Of a stretch of 64,000 nucleotides of DNA, positions 37,411-47,534 are shown in pieces; the stretch's first letter is position 1, and the number at the start of each line of letters is the position of its first letter. A program made the position numbers and the translations under genes. This stretch comes from an uncultured Acidobacteriota bacterium (GTDB taxonomy: Bacteria; Acidobacteriota; Thermoanaerobaculia; Multivoradales; SZUA-115). Location: contig CAWDVR010000003.1 of the NCBI GenBank assembly GCA_963805975.1, positions 192,001 to 256,000 on the forward strand, written 5' to 3'. The notes beneath the pieces were generated by a model. That model had not been told where the DNA came from, made no database searches, and was given only the letters and a program-made list of their open reading frames with translations.

Positions 37411-38321
37411 GCCGGTCCGAGCACCGGCTCCGTTCCGGTGTACGAGCCCGGCAGGTCGCGGGTGTCCTTGGCCGCCACCAGGAAGCGGATGTCGTACTGC
37501 CCCTGCACTGCCGCGAGCGTCGAGCGGTCCACCGGACCGAAACCGCCGGGGTGGAGGTGCGGCTCGACCCTTGCCGCGCAGGTATAGCCCAGGTCGCAGA
37601 GGAAGCTGACCACGGCCCGTGCCTCCGGGGCGCCGTGGAGCTCGACCAGCAGCTTGGGGCGGTGCTCGCGCAGCAGATCCTCGGCGCCCCGGAGCAGCAG
37701 CGCCTCGGCGCCTTCGACATCGATCTTGACCAGCGCCGGCAGCGGCAGATTCAGCTCGCGGATCACGGAATCCAGCCGGCGGCTCGGGACCATCTCGGTC
37801 AGCGGCCCGAGCCCCAGGTTGCGGCGCCCCTCGGCAGGCCGCCCGCCGCTGACCTTGTCGAGCGTGCCGGAGGAAGACTGCCGGTCATCCACCTGGAAGA
37901 GCGCCTCGCCGTCCTCGTCCGAGAGGGCCAAGGGAAGCACCCGCACGCGACGCCCGATCGCACCCAGCTCGAGGTTCCTGGCGAGGAGCGCGCGGTTCTC
38001 CGCCACCGGCTCGAAGGCCACCACCTGGCCGGCCCTCAGCACGCCGGCGAGGTAGCGGCAGTAGAGGCCCAGGTTGGCGCCGGCGTCATAGATCACCTCT
38101 CCCGGGCGAACCATCTGCCGCAGCATGGAGAACGGAAAGTGCTCGGAGACCAGAGGCTCGCGCAGCCAGAAAGAGCGGTTGCGCCGCAGGCGGATGGCGA
38201 AGGGGCCGATGCCCGCGATACGGATGTGGACCCGGAGGTCGGGGATCAGGGCGAGCGCGGCGCGGCCCAGCCGCGGCCGGCTGCGCAGGCGGTAGGCGAG
38301 CGAACGGACGAGTGAGCGCAT
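37407..38321 (-). CDS. FkbM family methyltransferase
   Basis: YDAGANLG, VAFEP, ALSD, RLD, KIDVEGAE, VELH. Confidence 0.92.
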   Translation of the reverse strand: MRSLVRSLAYRLRSRPRLGRAALALIPDLRVHIRIAGIGPFAIRLRRNRSFWLREPLVSEHFPFSMLRQMVRPGEVIYDAGANLGLYCRYLAGVLRAGQVVAFEPVAENRALLARNLELGAIGRRVRVLPLALSDEDGEALFQVDDRQSSSGTLDKVSGGRPAEGRRNLGLGPLTEMVPSRRLDSVIRELNLPLPALVKIDVEGAEALLLRGAEDLLREHRPKLLVELHGAPEARAVVSFLCDLGYTCAARVEPHLHPGGFGPVDRSTLAAVQGQYDIRFLVAAKDTRDLPGSYTGTEPVLGPA

Positions 38322-38331
38322 CGGCGGGATC

Positions 38332-39423
38332 TCAGCCGCCGGCGAAGATACCCCGGGCCGTGTCCTCACGCCGCACGGGGGCCTGCTGGCGGCGCCGGTT
38401 GAGCGCCGCCCGGGTGCGGCCCTCGCCGGTCCGGTAGAGCTCGAGGCCGCGGTACATGTCGCAGCCGGCGCAGGTGGCGTTGAGGCAGCCCCCGGGCCGG
38501 AACTGCGCCCGCAGCTCGCGCATCAAGGCCCCGGTGTAGATCTCGAGCAGGCTCTGCTCGAGGATCCGGCCGATCGCCAGATCCTCCGCGGCATCCATCG
38601 CCGCCAGGCAGGAGCAGGCGAGCACAGTGCCGTCCGGCAGCACGATCGGCCCGTTGTACAGGTTGACGCAGGGCTCGGTCTTCGACGGCGCCGGCCGCAG
38701 GCGCATTCCCGGCGGCAGCATCTCGCGGGTGATGCGTCCGCCCGCCGACGCGAACGACCAGGTGAAGTCGACCTGCGGACGGTGTTCGAGGATGGGCTGG
38801 AAATCCGGGTCTTTCATCACTTCCTCGAGCGGCCGGTCGGTGCGCAGGCCGATCGAGACGTTGACCGGGTGGCCGAGCCGGGCGTTCTCGCGCACCAGGG
38901 CGGTGACGTTGTCCCGCATGCGCTTGTAGGCCGAGGAGCGGTAGATCCTGCGGTAGCTCGCCTCGTCGAAGCCGGAGGTGCTGATGTTGATGGTGGTCAG
39001 GCCTGAGCCCAGGACCTCCTCGATGCCGTGGCGGTCGGCGAGGATGGCATTGGTGGTGAGAAAGATGCGGTCGATCTCCGGCAAGCTCCGCAAGTGCCGG
39101 ACGCGGCGCAGGAACTGGGGATCGATCAAGGCGTCGCCGACGATCGGCGTCAGCCCCACCGAGCCGCCGCGGAGCGCCACGTACTCTCCCACCGCGCGCT
39201 CGAACACCTCGTCGCTCATCACGGCGGTGGGCCGCTCCTGGAAATGGTACGGGCAGAAGATGCAGTCGGCGTTGCACAGATTGGTGAGCTCGAGGTGGAG
39301 CTCGAAGGGGCGCAGGGCCATCGCCTCGAGCGTCGCCTCCAGGTCGAAGAACAGCGAGCCGTAGACGGCCTCGGCCTTGCGCCGCAGGACGCGGCCGACC
39401 TTGTCGAGGAGAACCTTGCTCAT
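38332..39423 (-). CDS. Radical SAM protein with SPASM/twitch domain
   Basis: ELTNLCNADCIFCP (CxxxCxxC), TTNA; C-terminal PC...PDG.V.ACSC...IG.I...CAGC. Confidence 0.92.
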   Translation of the reverse strand: MSKVLLDKVGRVLRRKAEAVYGSLFFDLEATLEAMALRPFELHLELTNLCNADCIFCPYHFQERPTAVMSDEVFERAVGEYVALRGGSVGLTPIVGDALIDPQFLRRVRHLRSLPEIDRIFLTTNAILADRHGIEEVLGSGLTTINISTSGFDEASYRRIYRSSAYKRMRDNVTALVRENARLGHPVNVSIGLRTDRPLEEVMKDPDFQPILEHRPQVDFTWSFASAGGRITREMLPPGMRLRPAPSKTEPCVNLYNGPIVLPDGTVLACSCLAAMDAAEDLAIGRILEQSLLEIYTGALMRELRAQFRPGGCLNATCAGCDMYRGLELYRTGEGRTRAALNRRRQQAPVRREDTARGIFAGG

Positions 39424-39466
39424 CGTCGCGCTTTCGAGCGCGCGTCGCCGGGCGCCGGACTGCGGA

Positions 39467-40621
39467 TCAGGCGATCTTCCGTTCCTTCGGAGCCTTGGCG
39501 GCCAGCACGTCGCCGCCGGTCCGGGAGCCGGGGTCACCGCCGCGGAGCATGCGGCCGGCGTTGCGCATCGCCATCACGGCGACGAACTCGAGAGCCACCA
39601 GCAGCAGGCCGAGCGACGCGTTGTGCGTCACCGCCACCACCAGAGACATGGTGCAGAACAGGAACGCCGCGCCGTAGATTGCGCCCACGATGCGTGCCCG
39701 CCGCGCCATGAAGGGCTCGAGCACGTGGTGCAGGTGCTTGCGGTCGGCGCGGAACATGCCGAGGAAGCGCTCCACAAAGAGGCTGTGCGGCCGGTCCAGG
39801 AAGCGCACCAGCATCACCACCAGGGTGTCCATCACCGGCAGGCCGAGAGCGAGGATGGGCACCAGGATGGCGACCGCCGCCGGCGCCTTGAGCGAAGACT
39901 GGACGCTCATCGCCGCCAGCAGGAAGCCCAGGGTGAGCGAGCCCGAGTCGCCCATGAAGATCCGCGCCGGCGCCCAGTTGTGGCGCAGGAAGCCGACGCA
40001 GGCGCCGACCATCGCCGCCATCAGCACCACCACCAGCAGGTTGCCCAGATCGACGGCATAGATCCACAGGCCGGTGGCGATGATCGCGACCACGCCGCCA
40101 GCCAGGCCGTCCAGGCCGTCGAGCAGGTTGATGGCATTGGTGACCCCGACGATCCACAGCAGCGACACCAGCTCGCCGAAGATGCCCAGCTCGACGTTGC
40201 CGAGCCCGGGGATCGAGAGCACCTGGAAGGACCAGCCGATGTGCACCAGGAGGTAGGCGGCGACCAGCTCGACGAGGAACTTCTGGGAGACCGAGACGCC
40301 GGAGATGTCGTCCAGCACGCCGACCAGGAAAACGAGGAGCGTGCCCACGGCGAGCGCCACCAGCTCCGAGCGGCTGACGCCGAAGCTCCAGGCGTTCCAC
40401 TTCACCATCACCACCGCCAGCGCGCCGAGCGCCCAGCCGGCGACGATCGCCGCCCCGCCCAGCCGCGGCACGCCGCGGACCTGGAGCTTGCGCCCGTCCG
40501 GGTAGTCCACGGCCTTGAGCGCCAGGGCCACCCGCACCACGGGCGGCACTAACAGATTGGTGACCAGTCCGGCGATGACCGCCGCGAGGAGAGCGGGAAA
40601 AAAAATGTTCTCGATCGGCAT
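39467..40621 (-). CDS. WecA/MraY-family polyprenyl-phosphate HexNAc-1-phosphate transferase
   Basis: RK....[41 protein letters not shown]. Confidence 0.93.
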   Translation of the reverse strand: MPIENIFFPALLAAVIAGLVTNLLVPPVVRVALALKAVDYPDGRKLQVRGVPRLGGAAIVAGWALGALAVVMVKWNAWSFGVSRSELVALAVGTLLVFLVGVLDDISGVSVSQKFLVELVAAYLLVHIGWSFQVLSIPGLGNVELGIFGELVSLLWIVGVTNAINLLDGLDGLAGGVVAIIATGLWIYAVDLGNLLVVVLMAAMVGACVGFLRHNWAPARIFMGDSGSLTLGFLLAAMSVQSSLKAPAAVAILVPILALGLPVMDTLVVMLVRFLDRPHSLFVERFLGMFRADRKHLHHVLEPFMARRARIVGAIYGAAFLFCTMSLVVAVTHNASLGLLLVALEFVAVMAMRNAGRMLRGGDPGSRTGGDVLAAKAPKERKIA

Positions 40622-40640
40622 TCGCGTGGGTGAGAGCAGT

Positions 40641-41753
40641 CTAGCGTATGTTTTCCGGTGACGCATTCGCGATCGCCTGGAGGGCGTGGGCCACGGCCTC
40701 GGCGTCGCCTATCTCGGCGCGGAAGTAGCGAGCCTCGGGCAGGCCCTGGCGGGCGAGCAGATGGACGTCGGAAGCCGCGCTGCCGATGAAGAGCAGGGGC
40801 CGGCCGGAGGCCACGCAGCCATAGATCTTCGAGGGCAGCACGTAACCCACGAACTCGTCGCGCAGGGTGACGAGATGGGCGTCCGGCGTCACCAGCAGGC
40901 GGGGCAGCTCGGCGAGCGGCACCGGCCGCGAGCGATGAAAGGGTAGACCCTCGGCCGCGAGCATCTCGGCCACGCGGTCCGCCCTGGCGCCGGTGGCGTT
41001 CAACCACAGGCGCACGCGGCCGGAGCCTCGGGTGTGGTGGAGGCGGTAGCCGGCGAGAAAGGTCTCGTGGTCGTGCGCCACTCCGAAGTTGCCGGAGTAG
41101 AGCAGGATCCTGCTGCCCTGGAGCTCCGGGGGTGGCGGCAGCGGCAGGGTGCCGGCGGGGATCGCGACCGGGCTGGGGTCCCGCTTCAAGGTGATCCGTT
41201 CCGCCGGGATGCCGATCGCGAGCAGGCGCCGGCGCTGGTCCTCGCCCAGCACCTCGAAGCCGTCGATCTGGTTGCGGAGCGCGAGCGTCAGCCGGTAGAA
41301 GGCATCGAGGGCTGCCGGCCGGCTCTCTCCCAGCTCGGCCATCAGGCACTCGGGGTGAAAGTCGGTGATGCGGTAGGTGAGCCGCGCGCGGAGAAGAACG
41401 TTGAGCGGCGCCAGCCAGTGCAGCAGAAACGGCGGGCTGCCGGTGAAGAGGATCTCGTCCGCCGCGGCGAGCGCGCGGCGCGCTCGCCACAGCAGGCGGG
41501 CGTTGGTGGCGAGCGTCCAGCGGGCGCGCTCCTTCCAGTCCGCACGGTCGTAGACCGGTGCCCGGAGTCGCAGGGTGGTGAGGCGCCCGTGATCGACCTC
41601 CTCGACCTCTTCCGAGCTCCTGGTCGACGACAGGCCGACGAGCGTCACCTCCTCGCCCACCGCCGCCCGCTGGCGAGCGAACAGCACGCTGTACTGGCCC
41701 ACCGCGCCGAAGTCCGGCGGCAACCAGTCGCAGAGATAGACGAGCTTGTGCAT
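40641..41753 (-). CDS. Glycosyltransferase family 4 (WcaI-like)
   Basis: [34 protein letters not shown]. Confidence 0.88.
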   Translation of the reverse strand: MHKLVYLCDWLPPDFGAVGQYSVLFARQRAAVGEEVTLVGLSSTRSSEEVEEVDHGRLTTLRLRAPVYDRADWKERARWTLATNARLLWRARRALAAADEILFTGSPPFLLHWLAPLNVLLRARLTYRITDFHPECLMAELGESRPAALDAFYRLTLALRNQIDGFEVLGEDQRRRLLAIGIPAERITLKRDPSPVAIPAGTLPLPPPPELQGSRILLYSGNFGVAHDHETFLAGYRLHHTRGSGRVRLWLNATGARADRVAEMLAAEGLPFHRSRPVPLAELPRLLVTPDAHLVTLRDEFVGYVLPSKIYGCVASGRPLLFIGSAASDVHLLARQGLPEARYFRAEIGDAEAVAHALQAIANASPENIR

Positions 41754-41840
41754 GGAAAGGAATCGGCCCCCGGTCGGGGACCGATGCTACCGCGAGGAGC
41801 AAGAGGCCAGGGCGTCCAGCGGCAGACGCCAGCGAGGGAT

Positions 41841-42617
41841 TCACCTGGACCGCGAAGCCACGGTCGTGCGCACGTTCAGGAAGACGACCAGCGAGCGAGA
41901 GAGCACCCCGGAGGTGCCGGTCAGCGAGAGCGCGTAGAGGCCAACCGGGGTGGAGCCCGAGGCAGAGACCCGCAGCTCGGAGGAGCCGCCCGGCGCGACG
42001 CTCGTCAGGGTCCACGCCGCCGAGCTGGCGGCCGGCAGGCCAATGACCGCGAGGCTGACCGGTTCGGTGAAGCCGAAGTAGCCGGTGACCGAAACGGTGT
42101 AGCCCACGTTCTCGCCCGGCGAGAAACTCTGCTGCGCGGGTGCCACCGAGAGCTCGAAGTCCGGCGTGCTGACCGCTCCGGTGACGTTGAAGCGGTAGGG
42201 AAGCTGCAGAGAGCTGGCGGTCTCGACGGTCACCTTGCCGTCGAAGGTGCCGGCCGCAGTGCTCTCCAAGCGCACGGAGAAGGGGGTGCTGCCTCCAGCG
42301 GGGATGACGGTCGAGGGCGGGTCTCCGATCTGGCTCCAGCCGGTGCCGCTGACCAGGCGGTCCGGAGAGAGCAGGGTCAGCTCCTGCGGCCCGTCGTTCC
42401 AGATCGTGAACTGGCGCGAAACGGGCACCGAGATGCCGGTGTCGGGGAAGGAGCAGGTGCTGCCCGGGACGACCGGGGAGCCGTCCCAGGCTTGGGTGAC
42501 TCGGATCGTCTGGCCGACGGAGGCAGGCGTGGCGAGAGCGAAGAGCGCGGCCACGCCGCCCAAGAGCAGGACTCTGGCTCGTTTGGGGGCTCGTGTGGGG
42601 ACTCGTGCGTGGCTCAT
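41841..42617 (-). CDS. Secreted protein with two Ig-like domains (ASH/choice-of-anchor-D-like)
   Basis: AGGAG RBS, signal peptide; FTIWNDG...LTL, IPAGGST.FSV, DFELSVAP..YTVSV..GF..PVSL...GLP. Confidence 0.7.
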   Translation of the reverse strand: MSHARVPTRAPKRARVLLLGGVAALFALATPASVGQTIRVTQAWDGSPVVPGSTCSFPDTGISVPVSRQFTIWNDGPQELTLLSPDRLVSGTGWSQIGDPPSTVIPAGGSTPFSVRLESTAAGTFDGKVTVETASSLQLPYRFNVTGAVSTPDFELSVAPAQQSFSPGENVGYTVSVTGYFGFTEPVSLAVIGLPAASSAAWTLTSVAPGGSSELRVSASGSTPVGLYALSLTGTSGVLSRSLVVFLNVRTTVASRSR

Positions 42618-42755
42618 CAGCGGCCTCTCCTGAAGGTAGGGCCGGGCCGAGGGCGCGAGGGCACCCATGCCGGCCCGGACGGTCTCCATCAAGAGAGGCG
42701 CGAAAGGCGCGAGAGTTCTGTCAGGCGGATCGGGCCGGCTTGCTCGTTCCGGCGA

Positions 42756-43775
42756 TCACCGCTCGGTGAGCATCTCCTGGAGGTAACCGCCCACCTCTTC
42801 GCGCTGCTTGGCGGCGAAGTACCAGTCGATGGTGCGGCGCAGGCCGTCCATGAACTTGACCTGGGGCTCCCAGCCCAGGAGCTCCCGCGCCAGGCGGTTG
42901 CTCGCCACCCGGTTCAGGGGGCCGGTGGGCATGTGGGGCAGAAACTTGATCTCGGCCTCGTGGCCGGTGTAGCGCAGCACCTCGTGGACGGCGTCGATCA
43001 CCCGCGTGCGCTCCTCGGTGCCGAGGTTGACGGCGGTGCCGTCGTCGATCTTCTCGGCGGCGGCCACCATGCCGCTCGCGATGTCGCCGACGTAGGTCCA
43101 GTTGCGCACCTGCGTGCCGTCGCCCCACACCTCGAAGGGATTCTGCTTGACGAAGGCGCGGGCGATCATGGCGATCACCGCGTGGTTCTCCACCCCGCGC
43201 TCGCCGTAGACGGTGAAGAAGCGGCAGGAGGCGGACTTGAGCCCCAGGTCCTTGTAGTAGGCCTGGAGCGTCATCTCGGTCATCAGCTTGGCCCAGCCAT
43301 ACATGTTGTCGGCGTCGTAGGGCGGCCCCGCCATGTCCTCGGTGAGGTAGAGCTCCTGGGTCACGTCCTGCTGCAGGAAGTTGGGGTAGATGCAGCCCGA
43401 GGAGGCGAAGACGAACTTGTCCACCCCGGCCTCGGAGGCCGCCTTGACCAACATGCCGTCCATGGCCAGGTTCTGGGCGCAGGCCGCCTGGTGGAGGTCG
43501 ACGAAGCCGCGCCCGCCGTGGATGGCGGCCAGGTGGAACACCACGTCCATGCCGTCGACCGACTCCTGGGCCACGCCCGGCTGCAGCAGGTCCGCCTGGA
43601 CGAACTCCACCACACCGCTGTCGATGTGGGGCTGGATGTTGGGCAGGCGGCCGCTCGTCAGGTCGTCGACCACGCGGACCCTCGTGGCGCCCTTCTCGAC
43701 CAAGTGGTCGATCAGGTGCGAGCTGATGAACGAGGCGCCGCCGGTGACGAGGACACGCTGGGTCTTCCAGTTCAT
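42756..43775 (-). CDS. NAD-dependent nucleotide-sugar epimerase/dehydratase
   Basis: VLVTGGASFISSH, VFHLAA, ASSGCIY, YGWAK (YxxxK), WGDGTQ.R. Confidence 0.93.
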   Translation of the reverse strand: MNWKTQRVLVTGGASFISSHLIDHLVEKGATRVRVVDDLTSGRLPNIQPHIDSGVVEFVQADLLQPGVAQESVDGMDVVFHLAAIHGGRGFVDLHQAACAQNLAMDGMLVKAASEAGVDKFVFASSGCIYPNFLQQDVTQELYLTEDMAGPPYDADNMYGWAKLMTEMTLQAYYKDLGLKSASCRFFTVYGERGVENHAVIAMIARAFVKQNPFEVWGDGTQVRNWTYVGDIASGMVAAAEKIDDGTAVNLGTEERTRVIDAVHEVLRYTGHEAEIKFLPHMPTGPLNRVASNRLARELLGWEPQVKFMDGLRRTIDWYFAAKQREEVGGYLQEMLTER

Positions 43776-43823
43776 GACTGTGGTCTCGAAAAGGTTCAGA
43801 GGTTTTTGAAACCCGCGGAGAGT

Positions 43824-45002
43824 CTAGCCCAACGCCGCGGAGGGCGTCAGCCGGCCCTTGAGCGCCAGCAGCGGCCCCTCGAAGCAGCGGAACGAGAGCG
43901 CCGCCAGCCCTACCGTCAGCCCGATCGCCAGGAAGTAGTAGGCCGGGTAGAAGAGCCAGGCGTTGCCCGTCCACCAGGCGCTGTGCTGGAAGAGCCAGGA
44001 GGTCGCGTAGACCGCGATCATGTGCAGCATGTAGAGGCCGTAGGAGATCTTCCCCAGCCACTCGGCCGCCGGGTTGCCGAGCCGCATCCGCCGCCGCGGG
44101 TTGGCCCCCACCTCGACCACCAGCCAGGTGAAGAGGCCGAGCTGCGCCAGCTCCTCGAGCCACCAGGGCATGGGCCAGAGGTCGACGAAGAAGTACTGCG
44201 CCAGAAACAGCCCCAGCGCCCACTGCAACCAGGGCCGGGTGAAGATCGGCAGCGCCAGGAACGCCTCCCGCCGCGTGTGGAGCGCCCAGGCTGCGAGCGC
44301 GCCGGCGGCCATGAAGTGGAACTTGAGCTGGTCGAAGAACTTCACCGCCCAGTCCAGGTGGAAGGGGTTGAGCCGGTTCACCAGGTAAGCGGCGAAGGAG
44401 ACGGCGAGCACGGCCGCCGCGATCCGCGGCAGCCGGTGGTGCCAGCGCTTCATCACCGGCGCCCAGGCGAGGTAGAACTGCTCCTCGATGCCGATCGACC
44501 AGGTGGGGTTGAGCAGGCCGCCCACGGTGTAGAGGCTGTTCATGAGGTTGGGCAGGAAGAACACGTAGAGGAAGACGGCGAGCGCCGGGTGGTACTCCAC
44601 CGGGTAGGGGATGCCCAGCCAGGGCAGCAGCGCGTTGTAGAAGAAGAGGCCGAAGGCGATGGTGGCGAAGTAGAGCGGCCAGATGCGCACCATGCGCCGC
44701 AGGTAGAAAGCGCGGACGTCGATCGTGCCCTGTCTCTGCTGCTCCGCGAGCAGCAGGTAGGTGATGAGGAAGCCGGAGAGGGTGAAGAAGAAGGACACCG
44801 CCGGCGCGCCGCGGAAGAAGAGAGCGCCGGGGGCCGCGTTCGGCAGGCCCAGGCTCCCCTGGTTCATGGGGATGTGGCCGATGACCACGAACAGCGCGGC
44901 GTAGGCGCGCAGGCTGTCGAGGCCGGGGAAGCGCGTCGTCGCCGTGTCCCTGGGATGGAGCTCCGCGGCGGGCGGCCCGAGCCGAGCATTGGTGGCGGTC
45001 AC
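43824..45002 (-). CDS. Acyltransferase family 3 (OafA-like O-acetyltransferase)
   Basis: LDSLRAYA, FFTLSGFLIT, FYLRR..RIWP, WSIGIEEQFY, LGKISYGLY..H. Confidence 0.93.
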   Translation of the reverse strand: MTATNARLGPPAAELHPRDTATTRFPGLDSLRAYAALFVVIGHIPMNQGSLGLPNAAPGALFFRGAPAVSFFFTLSGFLITYLLLAEQQRQGTIDVRAFYLRRMVRIWPLYFATIAFGLFFYNALLPWLGIPYPVEYHPALAVFLYVFFLPNLMNSLYTVGGLLNPTWSIGIEEQFYLAWAPVMKRWHHRLPRIAAAVLAVSFAAYLVNRLNPFHLDWAVKFFDQLKFHFMAAGALAAWALHTRREAFLALPIFTRPWLQWALGLFLAQYFFVDLWPMPWWLEELAQLGLFTWLVVEVGANPRRRMRLGNPAAEWLGKISYGLYMLHMIAVYATSWLFQHSAWWTGNAWLFYPAYYFLAIGLTVGLAALSFRCFEGPLLALKGRLTPSAALG

Positions 45003-45727
45003 GGGCGGACGAAGAGGGCGTCGAGTTGGAGGACCCGCCCGCTCGCGTGGTCGACCAGCGCCGGCTCGGTCGAGAACAGCGAGAAGCCGAGAGCGTCGAG
45101 GCGAGCCACGACCTCCGGCAACAGCGGCGATCCCGTGTAGAGCGGCACCGTGGAGAGCTCGAGCTCCAGGCCGCAGGCGCGTTCGATCGTGCGCGGGGCG
45201 CCGTCGAGGGCCTTGAGCTCGGAGCCTTGCAGGTCCAGTTTCAGGACCAGGCTGCCGGAGATGCTGCGCTCCGCGAGCAGCCCGTCGATCGTCCGTACGG
45301 GTACCCGGAGAGGGACGGTCCTCTGCCAGCCCTCGGTGCCTGAAGCGCCGGAGGCCGTGAAGAGCGAGCTGACCTCGGCGATCTCGCTGGCGTAGAGCGT
45401 CGCCTCGCCGGCCTCCTCGCCGAGCGCGACATTGACGGCGCGCCAGGCGGGATCGTTTCGGCACGCCTCCGCGAGATCCGCGAACGCTCCCGGCAACGGT
45501 TCGACGGAGAGGATCTCGCCACGGTATCCCAGACGGCGGATCTGGCGCGCGTACTGGCCGCGGTTGGCTCCGCCGTCGAGCACGAAGCCCACGGCCAGGT
45601 CGGCGAAGAGCTTGGCCCGCCGCAGCTCGTGCTGCCGCAGATGGCTGTAGGAAACCACGTCGTAGCCGGCGCGACGAAAGAGGCCGCGACAGAAGTCTCG
45701 CGTTGCTGCCCGGGCGCGCTGGATCAT
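44999..45727 (-). CDS. FkbM family methyltransferase
   Basis: LDGGANRGQY, SVEP, ALG, KLDLQGSE. Confidence 0.9.
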   Translation of the reverse strand: MIQRARAATRDFCRGLFRRAGYDVVSYSHLRQHELRRAKLFADLAVGFVLDGGANRGQYARQIRRLGYRGEILSVEPLPGAFADLAEACRNDPAWRAVNVALGEEAGEATLYASEIAEVSSLFTASGASGTEGWQRTVPLRVPVRTIDGLLAERSISGSLVLKLDLQGSELKALDGAPRTIERACGLELELSTVPLYTGSPLLPEVVARLDALGFSLFSTEPALVDHASGRVLQLDALFVRP

Positions 45728-45768
45728 GATGTGCGGGTGCTCGGGGGTCTGCGGGTGCTCGGGTCCGC

Positions 45769-46659
45769 TCAGCGATAGTGCTCGCGGCAGTAGCGGATCA
45801 CGGCGCGACGACCCTGGAGCTTGTCGTCGAGCTCGGACCGCCGGTCCGGGTAGATCCAACGGCCGAGGCGCAGAAACAGGGCCTCGAGGGAGAGGCGGCC
45901 GGCGACCGCCCACCGTACCAACGTGGGGAAGCGGATCTTGCCATACTTGGTGAGCAGCAACCACCGCGCCTTGTAGAACCGCAGGACCCGATGGCTCGCC
46001 TTCTGCGGCGTGCCGGAGCCCTCGTGGAAGGCGACGGCGCCCGGCAGGATGGCGACCTTCCAGCCCCGCCGCCAGGCGTTCATGCACAGGTCGTGGTCGA
46101 GGTCCAACCAGTCGAGCCTTTCGTCGAAGCCTCCCAGCTCCTCGAAGGCCCGCCGCCGGATCGCCATGGCACAGGTGTAGACACAGAGGCGCTCGCTGCC
46201 GCCGCGAGGGAACCAGCGGAGCCACAGCGCGTGGAGCCTCTGGCCCAGCACCAGCGAAGCCTGGCCGGGCTCGGGCTCCGCGCTGCCGGTCGCGCGGCCG
46301 TGCCGGTCGACGGTGGCAAAGCCCGCGATGGCGAGCTTCGGATCGGCCAGGAAGGCGTCGCGCACCGGCGCCGTGAAGTCGTGGAGGGGGTAGGCGTCGG
46401 AGTCGAAGAGCACCACGAGATCAGTGTCGAGCCCGGCGATGGCGAGGTTCAGCGTCTTGACCAGGCCCAGGTTCGCGCGGTTGACCACCAGCTCGACCCG
46501 CGAGTCGATGGCCGGCGGCCGCGGGATCGTCGAGGCATCGTCGTGGAGCACCACGCGGTCTATGGCTGCGCCCTGGACGAGGACCTTCTCGACACAGCGC
46601 AGAGCGATGTCCCAGGTGTTGTAGTTGGTGACGACGACGCCCAGTGAGAGGGTCTCCAT
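45769..46659 (-). CDS. Glycosyltransferase family 2
   Basis: VVVTNYN, HDDAS, N.G...N, FDSDA, GGFDE. Confidence 0.9.
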   Translation of the reverse strand: METLSLGVVVTNYNTWDIALRCVEKVLVQGAAIDRVVLHDDASTIPRPPAIDSRVELVVNRANLGLVKTLNLAIAGLDTDLVVLFDSDAYPLHDFTAPVRDAFLADPKLAIAGFATVDRHGRATGSAEPEPGQASLVLGQRLHALWLRWFPRGGSERLCVYTCAMAIRRRAFEELGGFDERLDWLDLDHDLCMNAWRRGWKVAILPGAVAFHEGSGTPQKASHRVLRFYKARWLLLTKYGKIRFPTLVRWAVAGRLSLEALFLRLGRWIYPDRRSELDDKLQGRRAVIRYCREHYR

Positions 46660-46683
46660 GGCTCGGCCGCGAGCTGATCTGCC

Positions 46684-47493
46684 TCAGCCCGGCGCGCGGC
46701 TCCACTCCCGGACGGCTTCGCTGCGCACCAGGTGGAGAATGGCGCTCGGAAGCTCGGGGTCGGAGAGCTTGGCGAGGTGAAAACCGCGCCAGCCGAGCAG
46801 GACCTCCACCAACCGCTCCAGGGGATAGACGGTGGGGTGGTACTCCAGGGCGACCGCGTCCAGGCGGGCGAGGTCGGCCTCGCCCAGGGCCTCGAGGATG
46901 GCGAGCTCACTGCCTTCGCAGTCGAGCTTGAGCAGGCGCACGCGCTGCGGAAGCGCCGCGAGGAGGGTCGAGATCGAGCGCGTCTCCACCTCCCGGCCGG
47001 CGTCGTAGGCCACGCCCGCCGCGCGGGCGAAGGCCGGCTCCAGGGTGCTCATGCCCCCGCCGTGGGCCGTGGTCTCGAGGAGAGTCGCGCTGCCGTCGCG
47101 GCCGGTGACCGCGGCGCGGTGGGCCGCGATCCTACTTTTGAAACCGTTGCCGGCGATGTTGCGCTCCAGGAGCGCGAAGACGCGCGGCGAGGGCTCGAAG
47201 GCGATCACTCGCGCGCCCCGCCAGGCGAAGTAGCAGGACGCGAAGCCATGGTTGGCGCCGATGTCGAGCACCAGGTCGCCCGGCCGCACCGGCACCATGG
47301 GCACGTCGTAGAGACGGGCGTGGAAGACGTCTCCGAGGATCCGATCGGCACCGTTCAGGCAGCGGAAGGTGAGGTCCGTGGCGCGATCGGTGACCGTGAC
47401 CTCGCGCCGGCCGAAGAACCGCTGCGCCGCCAGCCAGAGCGGGCGGCGGTAGCTCATGGAGCCCTTGGCGAGGCGATAGAGAGCGGCGCGCAT
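46684..47493 (-). CDS. FkbM family methyltransferase
   Basis: LDIGANHG, AFEP, KLDCEGSE, LEYH. Confidence 0.9.
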   Translation of the reverse strand: MRAALYRLAKGSMSYRRPLWLAAQRFFGRREVTVTDRATDLTFRCLNGADRILGDVFHARLYDVPMVPVRPGDLVLDIGANHGFASCYFAWRGARVIAFEPSPRVFALLERNIAGNGFKSRIAAHRAAVTGRDGSATLLETTAHGGGMSTLEPAFARAAGVAYDAGREVETRSISTLLAALPQRVRLLKLDCEGSELAILEALGEADLARLDAVALEYHPTVYPLERLVEVLLGWRGFHLAKLSDPELPSAILHLVRSEAVREWSRAPG

Positions 47494-47534
47494 CGATAGT
47501 CAGAATAGCAGCAGGATTTGGCCGTCACCGGCCG

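Noticed and set aside
41800-41843. Other TGA stops as selenocysteine codons (e.g. 41841, 8631)
   Set aside because: No redox motif, no convincing SECIS-like hairpin and no meaningful downstream in-frame continuation; 8631 is explained by an indel.
41034-45140. Very long ORFs antisense to or overlapping real genes (also 12546-15263, 28992-31568, 58442-61393 and the extensions of 54987-59396 and 55005-59462)
   Set aside because: Shadow ORFs expected in high-GC DNA; they lack motifs, while the opposite or alternative frames encode recognisable proteins.
45730-45765. Short direct repeat TGCGGGTGCTCGGG x2 (and similar CTCGT.TGGGG repeats at 42577-42606)
   Set aside because: Only two short copies without spacer structure; not CRISPR, and plausible as local slippage in GC-rich DNA.
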